DNA of 64,000 nucleotides from Acidobacteriota bacterium. Its GTDB lineage: Bacteria; Acidobacteriota; Aminicenantia; Aminicenantales; Saccharicenantaceae. Positions 8,421 through 16,399 of the stretch are shown in pieces (positions within the stretch are counted from its first letter, which is position 1; every line of letters begins with the position of its first letter). Made by a program: the position numbers and the translations under genes. The DNA is taken from NCBI GenBank assembly GCA_014894455.1, contig JADBLN010000057.1, forward strand, positions 2,003-66,002, written 5' to 3'. The notes under the pieces were generated by a model, which was given only the letters and a program-made list of their open reading frames with translations, ran no database searches and had not been told where the DNA came from.

Positions 8421-10178
8421 ATGAGCGAATATGACGAGCGCGAGAAGGACGAACGGGCGGCCGTCAACCGGCGCCGGTTTCTCGGGTATTTCGCCGCGGC
8501 CGGCCTGGGGGGGACGTTCCTCCCCGGGGCCCTTCTCGCCGTGGCCCAGGACGCCTCCGAAATCAAGCCCGGCATGGTCGCCGCGGCGGCGAAGATCGCC
8601 GGCGTCCCGCTCACACCCGAGGCCGAGAAGTCGATCGCCGACGGCTTGAACCGGCGCGGCGGCCTGCTTCAGGACTTCCAGGCCCTCAGGGAGATGGACC
8701 TGGGCAACGACACGCCGTCGGCCCTTGTCTTCAATCCCATCCTTCCCGGGACGAAGCTCCCGGCCGGGGTGTCCATGCTGAAGATTTCCAAAGTCAAGAT
8801 CGTGGCGCCCCGGACCGACGAAGACCTGGCTTTTCTACCGGCGAGCCATCTCGCCGCGCTCCTCAAGAAGCGCGAGATCAAGTCCGTCGACCTGACCAGG
8901 CTCTGCCTCGAACGTCTCAAGAAATACGACCCCATCCTCCACTGCGTCGTCTCGCTTACGGAGGACCTAGCCCTGGAGCAGGCCGCCCTGGCCGACAAGG
9001 AGATCGCTTCGGGAAGATATCGAGGGCCGCTCCACGGCGTCCCCTGGGGGGCCAAGGACCTCCTGGCTGTGAAGGGATTCAAGACGACCTTCGGCGCCTC
9101 GCCCTTCAAGGACCAGACGATCGACAGGAACGCCACGGTTTATGATCGGCTGACCGAGGCCGGCGCTGTTCTCGTGGCCAAGCTGACCCTTGGGGCGCTG
9201 GCCATGGGCGACCGCTGGTTCGGCGGCCAGACGAAAAGCCCCTGGGACCCGAAGAACCCCGGCCAGGGCTCGAGCGGCTCTTCGGCCGGGCCGGCCGCGT
9301 CCGTGGCCGCCGGGCTCGTGCCTTTCGCCGTCGGCTCGGAGACGCGCGGCTCGATCATCTCGCCGGCGAGCCGTTGCGGTGTCACCGGTCTCAGGCCCTC
9401 TTTCGGCCGGGTCAGCCGCTACGGCGCCATGGCCCTGAGCTTCTCCATGGACAAGATCGGGCCGCTCTGCCGGACGGCCGAGGACTGCGCCGTCGTCCTG
9501 CATGCGATCCAGGGGCCTGACGGTCGTGACAACACCGTCCTCGACGTCCCCTTCGCCTGGGACGCCGGCCGCGACGTCCGCAAGCTCCGGGTTGGCTATC
9601 TCAAGTCCGACGTGGAAAAGGAGGTCCCCGACGATCCGAAGAATCCGGACAGGGTCCTGAGGACGAGAGAGATGCAGGCGTTCACAAAGGCCTCGCTCGA
9701 GGTCCTCCGGGGGCTTGGCGTCAGGCCGGTCCCGGTCGAGCTTCCGAAGATGGGCTCGGGGCCGATGGATTTCCTCCTGACCACGGAGGCGGCCGCCGCC
9801 TTCGACAGCCTCGTCCGTAGCGATAGGCTCGACCTGATGTCGGCCGAGCCGGAACGCAGCGCTTGGGTCGGGGCCTTCCGCCTCCACGAGGTCGTCCCTG
9901 CCGTCCAGTACATCCAGGCGAACAGGGCCCGCTACCGGCTGATGGAGGCCTACCACGAGTTCTTCAAAGATATGGACGTGCTCGTCGGGAGCGCGTTGGG
10001 ACCGACGAACCTCACCGGACATCCCGAAGTGGTTTTTCCGCACGGCTTCGACTCCAAGGGCCAGCCGGCTGTCCTGCGTCTGACGGGGCGGCTCTTCGGC
10101 GAAGCGGACATCTTGCTCCTCGCCCATGCCTTCCAACGGAAAACGGACTTTCACCTCAAGCGGCCGAAGCTCGGCTGA
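8421..10178 (+). CDS. Tat-exported amidase (amidase-signature family)
   Basis: 585 aa with twin-arginine signal NRRRFLGYFAAAGLGG. The Gly/Ser-rich AS block GQGSSGSSAGPAASVAAGL and the Lys context PWGAKDL are present. A strong SD (GGAAAGGAGG) precedes the ATG. Confidence 0.85.
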   Translation: MSEYDEREKDERAAVNRRRFLGYFAAAGLGGTFLPGALLAVAQDASEIKPGMVAAAAKIAGVPLTPEAEKSIADGLNRRGGLLQDFQALREMDLGNDTPSALVFNPILPGTKLPAGVSMLKISKVKIVAPRTDEDLAFLPASHLAALLKKREIKSVDLTRLCLERLKKYDPILHCVVSLTEDLALEQAALADKEIASGRYRGPLHGVPWGAKDLLAVKGFKTTFGASPFKDQTIDRNATVYDRLTEAGAVLVAKLTLGALAMGDRWFGGQTKSPWDPKNPGQGSSGSSAGPAASVAAGLVPFAVGSETRGSIISPASRCGVTGLRPSFGRVSRYGAMALSFSMDKIGPLCRTAEDCAVVLHAIQGPDGRDNTVLDVPFAWDAGRDVRKLRVGYLKSDVEKEVPDDPKNPDRVLRTREMQAFTKASLEVLRGLGVRPVPVELPKMGSGPMDFLLTTEAAAAFDSLVRSDRLDLMSAEPERSAWVGAFRLHEVVPAVQYIQANRARYRLMEAYHEFFKDMDVLVGSALGPTNLTGHPEVVFPHGFDSKGQPAVLRLTGRLFGEADILLLAHAFQRKTDFHLKRPKLG

Positions 10179-10343
10179 GGAGCGGACAAGGCCATGAGCG
10201 ATTTCTTGAAAAAACTCAGCCGTTCCCTGGGGCTGAGCTATGCCTGGTGGCACTGGGGGGCGGACGAACGGCGGTGTTCGGTCTGCGGAGCACGGCTGCC
10301 GTCGGCGGCCGGCTAACTTGCCATTTTCTGGGGGTCAATCATC

Positions 10344-11000
10344 ATGAAATCCTATGTTACGACGAGGACGATCAGGTCGAAAGCCGCTGGCTGGCTGGAG
10401 AAGATTGTAGACTACAACCGGCACCGGATGCGCCTGAACGCCTCCGCCAGCGCTCTTCTCGTCATCGATATGCAGATGTTCTTCCTGGACCCCGCATCCC
10501 CCACGTACGCATGCGGCGGCCCGGCCGCTCTCCCGGCCATCAAGCGTCTGGCGGCGGCTTTCCGGACGGCCGGGCGCCCCGTGATCTTCACGCAGCACGT
10601 GCATCACCCCAACGGCTCGGACCTCGGTATCATGGACTGGTGGTGGGAGGGCAAATGCCTCGAAGGGAGCGAGGCCAGCGGGATCCATCCCGAACTGAGG
10701 CCGCTTCCGGGCGAGAAGGTCGTTACCAAGCACCGCTATTCAGCATTCTACAATACAGACCTCGAAACGGTCCTTCGCTGCCTGAAAATCGAGGATTTGG
10801 TCGTTTCCGGCGTACTGACCAACTTATGTTGCGAATCGACGGCGCGGGACGCATACTTCCGGGATTACCGGGTATTCATTCCCGCTGATGGCACGGGGAC
10901 GATCACCGAGGGAATGCATCTGGCGAGCCTCCTGAACCTTGCCTTCGGGTTCGCCTTCGTGACCACGGGCGACAAGCTTATCGCGCAGGTCCGGGCCTGA
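10344..11000 (+). CDS. isochorismatase-family cysteine hydrolase
   Basis: 218 aa with LLVIDMQMFF and VVSGVLTNLCCESTARDA (catalytic Cys context). Confidence 0.85.
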   Translation: MKSYVTTRTIRSKAAGWLEKIVDYNRHRMRLNASASALLVIDMQMFFLDPASPTYACGGPAALPAIKRLAAAFRTAGRPVIFTQHVHHPNGSDLGIMDWWWEGKCLEGSEASGIHPELRPLPGEKVVTKHRYSAFYNTDLETVLRCLKIEDLVVSGVLTNLCCESTARDAYFRDYRVFIPADGTGTITEGMHLASLLNLAFGFAFVTTGDKLIAQVRA

Positions 11001-11119
11001 GCGTCGCCTGAAAGTCCGTTTTCCATCGAGAAGTAGGCTAGGGGCGTGGCCCTGGTCGCCAGATAAATTCTCCTAGTCAGAGCGAGGTAGCTTCGGCGGG
11101 CGAAAAAAACGGGACGGGG

Positions 11120-12262
11120 TCATCTCCATTCCATGGCGTAGCGCTTGACCAGCGGGACGCCGTCCGCGTCTTCGTTGATCAGGACGTAGATCTTCCCCTT
11201 CCTGACGACGAAGGGCATCTCTTCCCGCGGCAGCGAGAATCGAGTGATGCACCGTCCTTCCGTGTCGAACACGTCGTACCACAGCCGGCCCTGGGCGTCC
11301 GTTTCGTAGGTCTGGGCGTAGAGACGGCCCTCCGGGTCGCCGATGAAGAAGTAAACGGGAGGGAAGAAGTCCGGGAAGACCAGCAGGCTTCGCATCTGGG
11401 CATCCCGTCCTTCAAGAATCCTTTCCTTGTCCGCCCCGGTCACTTTTACGGGGTTGTAATCCTTGGCGATCCTCCGGATGAGCTTTCCTTCCGGGCTCAA
11501 GACGTGGAATTCGTACTTCGAGTTGGACATCCAGATAAGCCTGTCATCCGCGGTCACATGACAGAGGAGCAGGACGACGATGGGATTGATGGCGCCGGGT
11601 TTGAAAGGCTCTTCGACCTCGGCCAGCGTGGTGAGCCGGGTCAGAGCCGGGTCGTACTTGATGAGTCTCAAGATCATCTTTTCGCTGAAATCCATGTCGT
11701 CCGCATAGATCATCCCTCGGGAATCGATCTTGAACCTGGCCATCCGCGACCTGGCCGTTGGGATTTCCTTGAGGCAGGTCCCGTCGAGCGCGTAGAAGGT
11801 GAGCTTGTTGAGGTCGAGAATGACCCCCGTCCCGTCCGGCGTCACAAACATCCGGCTGGGATTCTCCCATTCCCGCGGGCCCTGGCCTTTTTTGCCGAAC
11901 GTGCTGATGAGCTTGCCCGTCTTGTCGAAAACCCGGACCTTGATGTCCTCCCAATCAAGCGTCCAGATGTTTTCCTGGTCGTCGACACCGACCGAGCGCA
12001 GCTCGGCGAAGAGATCGGGCCCGCCGGCCGGATCCTTGCCGATGACTAGGTCCTGGGTCAGGACGAGCTTCGAGGGCCCGCCGGGCTGGGGTACGGGGAC
12101 CTTCGGGTTCCGAACGACGGTGACGCCGGCCTTGGTCCTGATGTCGATCTTCTGGCCTGCTTCGACCCTGGAGGTCGGCCAAGACGACAAGCTCCCGCAG
12201 AGGATGGCCAGGATGGCAACGACATGGACTCCAGTAGGAAACGGGATCCGTTGGACGCGCAT
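11120..12262 (-). CDS. secreted 6-bladed beta-propeller (NHL-like) protein
   Basis: 380 aa with an N-terminal hydrophobic signal. The repeated blade motif includes VFDKTGKLISTFGKKGQGPREWENP. It is a distant paralogue of 34934-35995. Confidence 0.7.
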   Translation of the reverse strand: MRVQRIPFPTGVHVVAILAILCGSLSSWPTSRVEAGQKIDIRTKAGVTVVRNPKVPVPQPGGPSKLVLTQDLVIGKDPAGGPDLFAELRSVGVDDQENIWTLDWEDIKVRVFDKTGKLISTFGKKGQGPREWENPSRMFVTPDGTGVILDLNKLTFYALDGTCLKEIPTARSRMARFKIDSRGMIYADDMDFSEKMILRLIKYDPALTRLTTLAEVEEPFKPGAINPIVVLLLCHVTADDRLIWMSNSKYEFHVLSPEGKLIRRIAKDYNPVKVTGADKERILEGRDAQMRSLLVFPDFFPPVYFFIGDPEGRLYAQTYETDAQGRLWYDVFDTEGRCITRFSLPREEMPFVVRKGKIYVLINEDADGVPLVKRYAMEWR

Positions 12263-12452
12263 GCTTTCCTCCTCAGTCGCGGTCGCAGAGACGGCCGCTC
12301 TTCTGGGCGAGAGAATCGTTCGGCCGGTCAGGGATCCGGGATGCCGATGTTGAACCCATTCTGTGCCGTCCCGGCGCGCCTGTCAATCACCGACCGCCGC
12401 CGGGCAGCTGTGGAAATGATCGACGGTCCCGCCTCCGCCTCAGAGGAGGTGC

Positions 12453-12481
12453 TTGACAATACAAAAAGACTAGAATATAAT
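12453..12481 (+). promoter_or_regulatory. perfect-consensus sigma-70 promoter (TTGACA-N17-TATAAT) for the TetR gene
   Basis: TTGACA lies at 12453-12458, followed by a 17-nt spacer and TATAAT at 12476-12481. The ATG is at 12499, so the leader is only about 10 nt and has no SD. Confidence 0.6.
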
Positions 12482-12498
12482 AAGGGTCATAAGTCACA

Positions 12499-13128
12499 AT
12501 GAGACAAATAGCCAGGCGTGAAGACATTCGAGAGCTGATTCTCGACGCCGTGGACGTCCTCCTGGCCAAATTCGGTTATAAGAAGATGACCATGGAGGAC
12601 GTGGCCCGCCAGGTCGGGATCGGCAAGGGCACGATCTATCTTCATTTCCCGGGAAAAGAGGAGCTGATCCTGTCCCATATCGACCGCATAGCGGAAAGGA
12701 TCGTCGCCAAGCTCCGCGAGATCGCCGCCTCGTCCGACTCTCCCGACAGGCGCATCCGCAAGATGCTCGTCCATCGGGTCCTATTCCGCTTCGACAGCGT
12801 TGCCCACTACTCCCAGAACCTCAGCGACCTTCTATCGTCGGTGAGGACGGCGCTCCTGACCCGCCGGGAAGGCCACTTCGAAAAAGAGGCGGCTGTGATC
12901 GAGGATATCCTCCGGGAGGGCGCCCGTCTTGGGTCCCTGGAATGCCCCGACCCCCGGACGACCTCCTTCGTGCTCATCCAGAGCACCAATTCTCTCCTGC
13001 CGTTCAGCCTTTCGGCCCGCGAACTGGGCCGGAGGGAAGAAGTGGAGGACCAGGTCGCGCGCATCGCCGACCTGCTCATCAAAGGTCTTCTCCCGTGTCC
13101 TTCGCGTCCGGCCAGCTGGACGCGATGA
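12499..13128 (+). CDS. TetR/AcrR-family transcriptional regulator
   Basis: 209 aa. The N-terminal HTH is ILDAVDVLLAKFGYKKMTMEDVARQVGIGKGTIYLHFPGKEEL. Confidence 0.9.
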   Translation: MRQIARREDIRELILDAVDVLLAKFGYKKMTMEDVARQVGIGKGTIYLHFPGKEELILSHIDRIAERIVAKLREIAASSDSPDRRIRKMLVHRVLFRFDSVAHYSQNLSDLLSSVRTALLTRREGHFEKEAAVIEDILREGARLGSLECPDPRTTSFVLIQSTNSLLPFSLSARELGRREEVEDQVARIADLLIKGLLPCPSRPASWTR

Positions 13129-13138
13129 TGCTAACTAG

Positions 13139-13357
13139 TTTTTTTTTGATCTCGAGAAGGCCACTCTCGAAAACGGCGCCCTTTACTACCAGCGGACCGG
13201 GCCGAAGTATCGGCTTGTTCCCCTGACCGGGACCTTCTTCGCCGTGGAAGGACTCGATTACTTCCGGGTGGAGTTCGTCGTCAAGGGCGGCAAGGTTGTC
13301 GAGCTCATCGGGCTCTACGATAACGGGGACCGGCAGCCCTCGCCGCGGACGAAATAG
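13139..13357 (+). pseudogene. start-less remnant of the C-terminal domain of a beta-lactamase-family serine hydrolase (DUF3471-like)
   Basis: A 72-codon open frame is bounded by TAG (13136-13138) and TAG (13355-13357) and has no ATG. It translates as ...ENGALYYQRTGPKYRLVPLTGTFFAVEGLDYFRVEFVVKGGKVVELIGLYDNGDRQPSPR, the pattern of that terminal domain. Confidence 0.45.
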
Positions 13358-13361
13358 ATCA

Positions 13362-14048
13362 TTACCGCCGGTGGGCGCCCATCGCCTCGAGGGCCACATA
13401 GACCGCGGCGGCGAGGGCCGAGGCTAATGCGCTGTAACGGTGAAATTCGAACATGAGCTTCTGCCCGGCGGTGCGGAGGAGAGGGAGCATGGGCAGGAGG
13501 GCGGATAGGGCCAGCAGGAAACCGGCCAGGACGAATAGCCAGAAGGCGGCGAGTTTGACCCGGGCCGCCGTGATGCCCATCTTCCTGGGGTCGAGAAGGG
13601 CAAGGCTCAGGTTGACCGGCTCGGGGACGGAGATGAAATCCCGGCCCTTGAAGATGACGATGACGGCGAGGCAGGCCGCGAAGAGGCCGCCGGCCATGAC
13701 GTGGCCGACTAGGGGGAAGCCGTAGAGTCCGCGCGGGACGAATATCGCGAAGAAAAAACCGCTCGCCGCGAGATAAGCGAAACTTCCGTAAAAGCCGATA
13801 TAAAGCCACTTCTCAAGGACGGGGAGGCGCCATAGAGACAGGGCCTTGACATATTCCCACGAGGCTTTGGGCGAAGCCTTGCGGGCCGATTGGATCGTCC
13901 GGAGGGCCAGCCAGGCCAGGTACTTCTTGAAGATCTCGACGTAGATGATGGTCGACCGGGCCTCCTCTCTGGTCGTCCAGAAACGGTGGAAGGCGAGGCC
14001 GGCGAAAAGCCCCAGCGCCGAGAGGATGGTGATGATCGTGAACAGCAT
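13362..14048 (-). CDS. polytopic membrane protein (about 5 TM, His in three TM segments); possible cytochrome b-like partner
   Basis: 228 aa from the ATG at 14048, which lies 5 nt after the cytochrome stop. The track ORF to 14378 is an overlap extension. Hydrophobic segments carry HRFW, GHVMAGG and FHRY. Confidence 0.65.
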   Translation of the reverse strand: MLFTIITILSALGLFAGLAFHRFWTTREEARSTIIYVEIFKKYLAWLALRTIQSARKASPKASWEYVKALSLWRLPVLEKWLYIGFYGSFAYLAASGFFFAIFVPRGLYGFPLVGHVMAGGLFAACLAVIVIFKGRDFISVPEPVNLSLALLDPRKMGITAARVKLAAFWLFVLAGFLLALSALLPMLPLLRTAGQKLMFEFHRYSALASALAAAVYVALEAMGAHRR

Positions 14049-14053
14049 GGCTC

Positions 14054-16399
14054 TCACCTTTTCTCGAGGAAGCCGGCCAGGCGCCCGAGGAGGAGCAGGC
14101 CGGCCAGGAAGACGAGCGACCCGATGACGAAAGCGCAGACGGCCAGGACGACCTTGAACAGCGGCCGGGTGATGAAGGACAGCCCGAAGAACTTCTGGAA
14201 GAGCCCGCCCAGGCCCATGAAGGAGGCGGCCGAACGCTTCTCCACCTTCGCCGTCAGCAGGGGACCCGTCCCACGGAGCTTGGTGAAGAAGAAGTCCGAC
14301 CCGCCGCTGTGGCAGTCCGCACAGCCGTTCCATCCGAGCGACTGCTGGGCCGGCCGCACGTTGTGGGCCAGGGGCCAAGTCACGGGCTCGGCCGCGGGAT
14401 GGGCGCCGGCTGCGAGCTTTCCGTTCTTGTCGAGCCGGAACATCCGGCCTCCGGAGATGTAGACGAAATCGGATTTTTCCCCTGATTTGGCGAGCGCCGC
14501 GAGAACGAGCGCGACCTGCTCCTCGGTCAGCGTTTGCTCAGTCCCGGCTTTGGCCGTCACGGTCCTCAGGTCGAAGTCCGAGGCGAGGGGCAGGAATTTT
14601 CCCTCCGCCCGCCAGCCGGGGCCCGAGGCCTCGGCGAGCTCGGCCGGAGCGTCCGACATGTCGAGGATGCCGTCGACGAGCCGGTAGAGCGTCTTCTTGA
14701 CGACGATGACAGGCTGGCCCGGCGCGCTGACGACCGTCCCCAGCGCCTGCAGGAACTCCTGGAATCTCGTTTCGACGGCCGGGTCCTTATCGGCCGCGGC
14801 CGGATCGAAATCCGGGACGAGCGGCAGGACCTCGGCTCCCTTGCGGATGCCCCAGAACGGGACGGTGTCCGCCTTGGCTCCCGGGCGCTCTGCCGAGTCG
14901 ATGCCGCCGTCGACGTTCGGGGCGAAGACGAACTTGCTCGAGACGAGGACCGGCACTTCGTCTTCGGCCATGACCTGGCTGAGAGCGACGAGCGCCTGGG
15001 CGACCCGCTCTTCGGGCTTGAGGATGTCGCCGGCGGCGGCCTCGACGACCCCCGGCTGGAGAGGCGCGACTTCCCTGCCGCTCATCTTCGCCCAGAAGGC
15101 CGGCCAGACGAGCCTGTTCGGGGCGATCTTGTGTCCGGCGCTCTTGGCGTAGACAGGTTCGATGACCGCGGGCAGGTCCGTCGCCCACGTCGCGACGCCG
15201 TAAATGCCGAGCCGGTTGGCCCGCGAGGTCCGCACCCGGGTGAAGCCCTCTTTCGGCTTAGGACCCGAATGGCAGACCGTGCACGCGAGCCGCTTGAAGT
15301 GGACGAGCGGGATGCCGGTGTGCTTGGGGAATGGCGCGCCGAGCCGGCCCGGGACGACCGACTTCTCGCCCGCCTCGTTCTCGCCGAGATGACAGCCCCG
15401 GCAGGTGAACGATTCCGCCGTCCGGTTCCCGGTCTCGGCGGTCTCGCCCTCGTAGCCGCGGACGATGGCGTGGCCGAGATCGTTCCGGTGGCAATCGGCG
15501 CACTTCAGGCCGGCCGTCGAGTGGACGTCGGGGTCGGTGTTCATGCGCTGCTCGTCCTTGGGCGAGACCGAGTGGCAGGCCAGGCAGCGCTCGTCCGACG
15601 GCTGGTAGTTGAGGTCGAAGAAGTAGCGGTGCTTGGAGTCGAAGTCGGCCGTCCTGTACTTGACGGACGGGACGACGGCCCACTCGTGGTCGTCGAGGTT
15701 GGGCCCGTCATAAACGTCCCACGTTTCCTTGAGCCGGGAGGCCATGCCGCCGACCTCGCCGACGCCGCCGGCCGCCGTGGCAGCCCAGCGCAGGTTCTCG
15801 CGGAGGACCTGTTTGGCCCACTCGCTTTGGTCCTGGCGTCCCGACTTGTTGTGGCAGGCGAGGCAGTTCACTTCGGCTTTCCCGGAGACGCTCCAGCGTG
15901 CTTCGGGGTCGGCCAGGACCTCTTCGTCGGAAGGCTCGGCGGGACCGCCGCCCGGGAGGTGCCGGCCGAAGAGAAGCGCGAAATCCCAGGCCGTCAGGCC
16001 GAGGGCCTTGGGGTCGAAGGTTCCCGCCCACTTCCTGTACGAGAGGGGCATGACGGTCCCTGTTTTCGGGTCGAGCCGGATCCAGGGTTCGCCGGGCCGG
16101 CCGTTCTTGGCCGCCGTCATGGCGCCGAAGTGCCAGCCGCCCTGGATCGTCTTGTAGTCGTGGCAGGGGCCGCAGGTGAAGCGGGCGGAATAGGGCAGGG
16201 GGTTCGTCTCCGTCGGGATGATGGGCTGGTCGTTCTCGTCGCGGAGCGGGATGAGGTGGGCTGGCGTCGTCCGGTTGCCGTCCCAAACGGCCTTCTTCGC
16301 GTCCTGGCCGGCGGACGCGGCGGAACCGGCCGGGGCGAGGGCGAAGACGGCGAGCGCAAGGCCCAGGGCTCCGAGGGTGTATCGTCCAGGGCGGCTCAT
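14054..16399 (-). CDS. membrane-anchored heptahaem c-type cytochrome
   Basis: 781 aa with a signal peptide. It has seven CXXCH motifs (CGPCH, CLACH, CLACH, CADCH, CRGCH, CTVCH, CADCH) and a C-terminal hydrophobic anchor. The start overlaps the upstream stop (ATGA at 16396-16399). Confidence 0.88.
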   Translation of the reverse strand: MSRPGRYTLGALGLALAVFALAPAGSAASAGQDAKKAVWDGNRTTPAHLIPLRDENDQPIIPTETNPLPYSARFTCGPCHDYKTIQGGWHFGAMTAAKNGRPGEPWIRLDPKTGTVMPLSYRKWAGTFDPKALGLTAWDFALLFGRHLPGGGPAEPSDEEVLADPEARWSVSGKAEVNCLACHNKSGRQDQSEWAKQVLRENLRWAATAAGGVGEVGGMASRLKETWDVYDGPNLDDHEWAVVPSVKYRTADFDSKHRYFFDLNYQPSDERCLACHSVSPKDEQRMNTDPDVHSTAGLKCADCHRNDLGHAIVRGYEGETAETGNRTAESFTCRGCHLGENEAGEKSVVPGRLGAPFPKHTGIPLVHFKRLACTVCHSGPKPKEGFTRVRTSRANRLGIYGVATWATDLPAVIEPVYAKSAGHKIAPNRLVWPAFWAKMSGREVAPLQPGVVEAAAGDILKPEERVAQALVALSQVMAEDEVPVLVSSKFVFAPNVDGGIDSAERPGAKADTVPFWGIRKGAEVLPLVPDFDPAAADKDPAVETRFQEFLQALGTVVSAPGQPVIVVKKTLYRLVDGILDMSDAPAELAEASGPGWRAEGKFLPLASDFDLRTVTAKAGTEQTLTEEQVALVLAALAKSGEKSDFVYISGGRMFRLDKNGKLAAGAHPAAEPVTWPLAHNVRPAQQSLGWNGCADCHSGGSDFFFTKLRGTGPLLTAKVEKRSAASFMGLGGLFQKFFGLSFITRPLFKVVLAVCAFVIGSLVFLAGLLLLGRLAGFLEKR

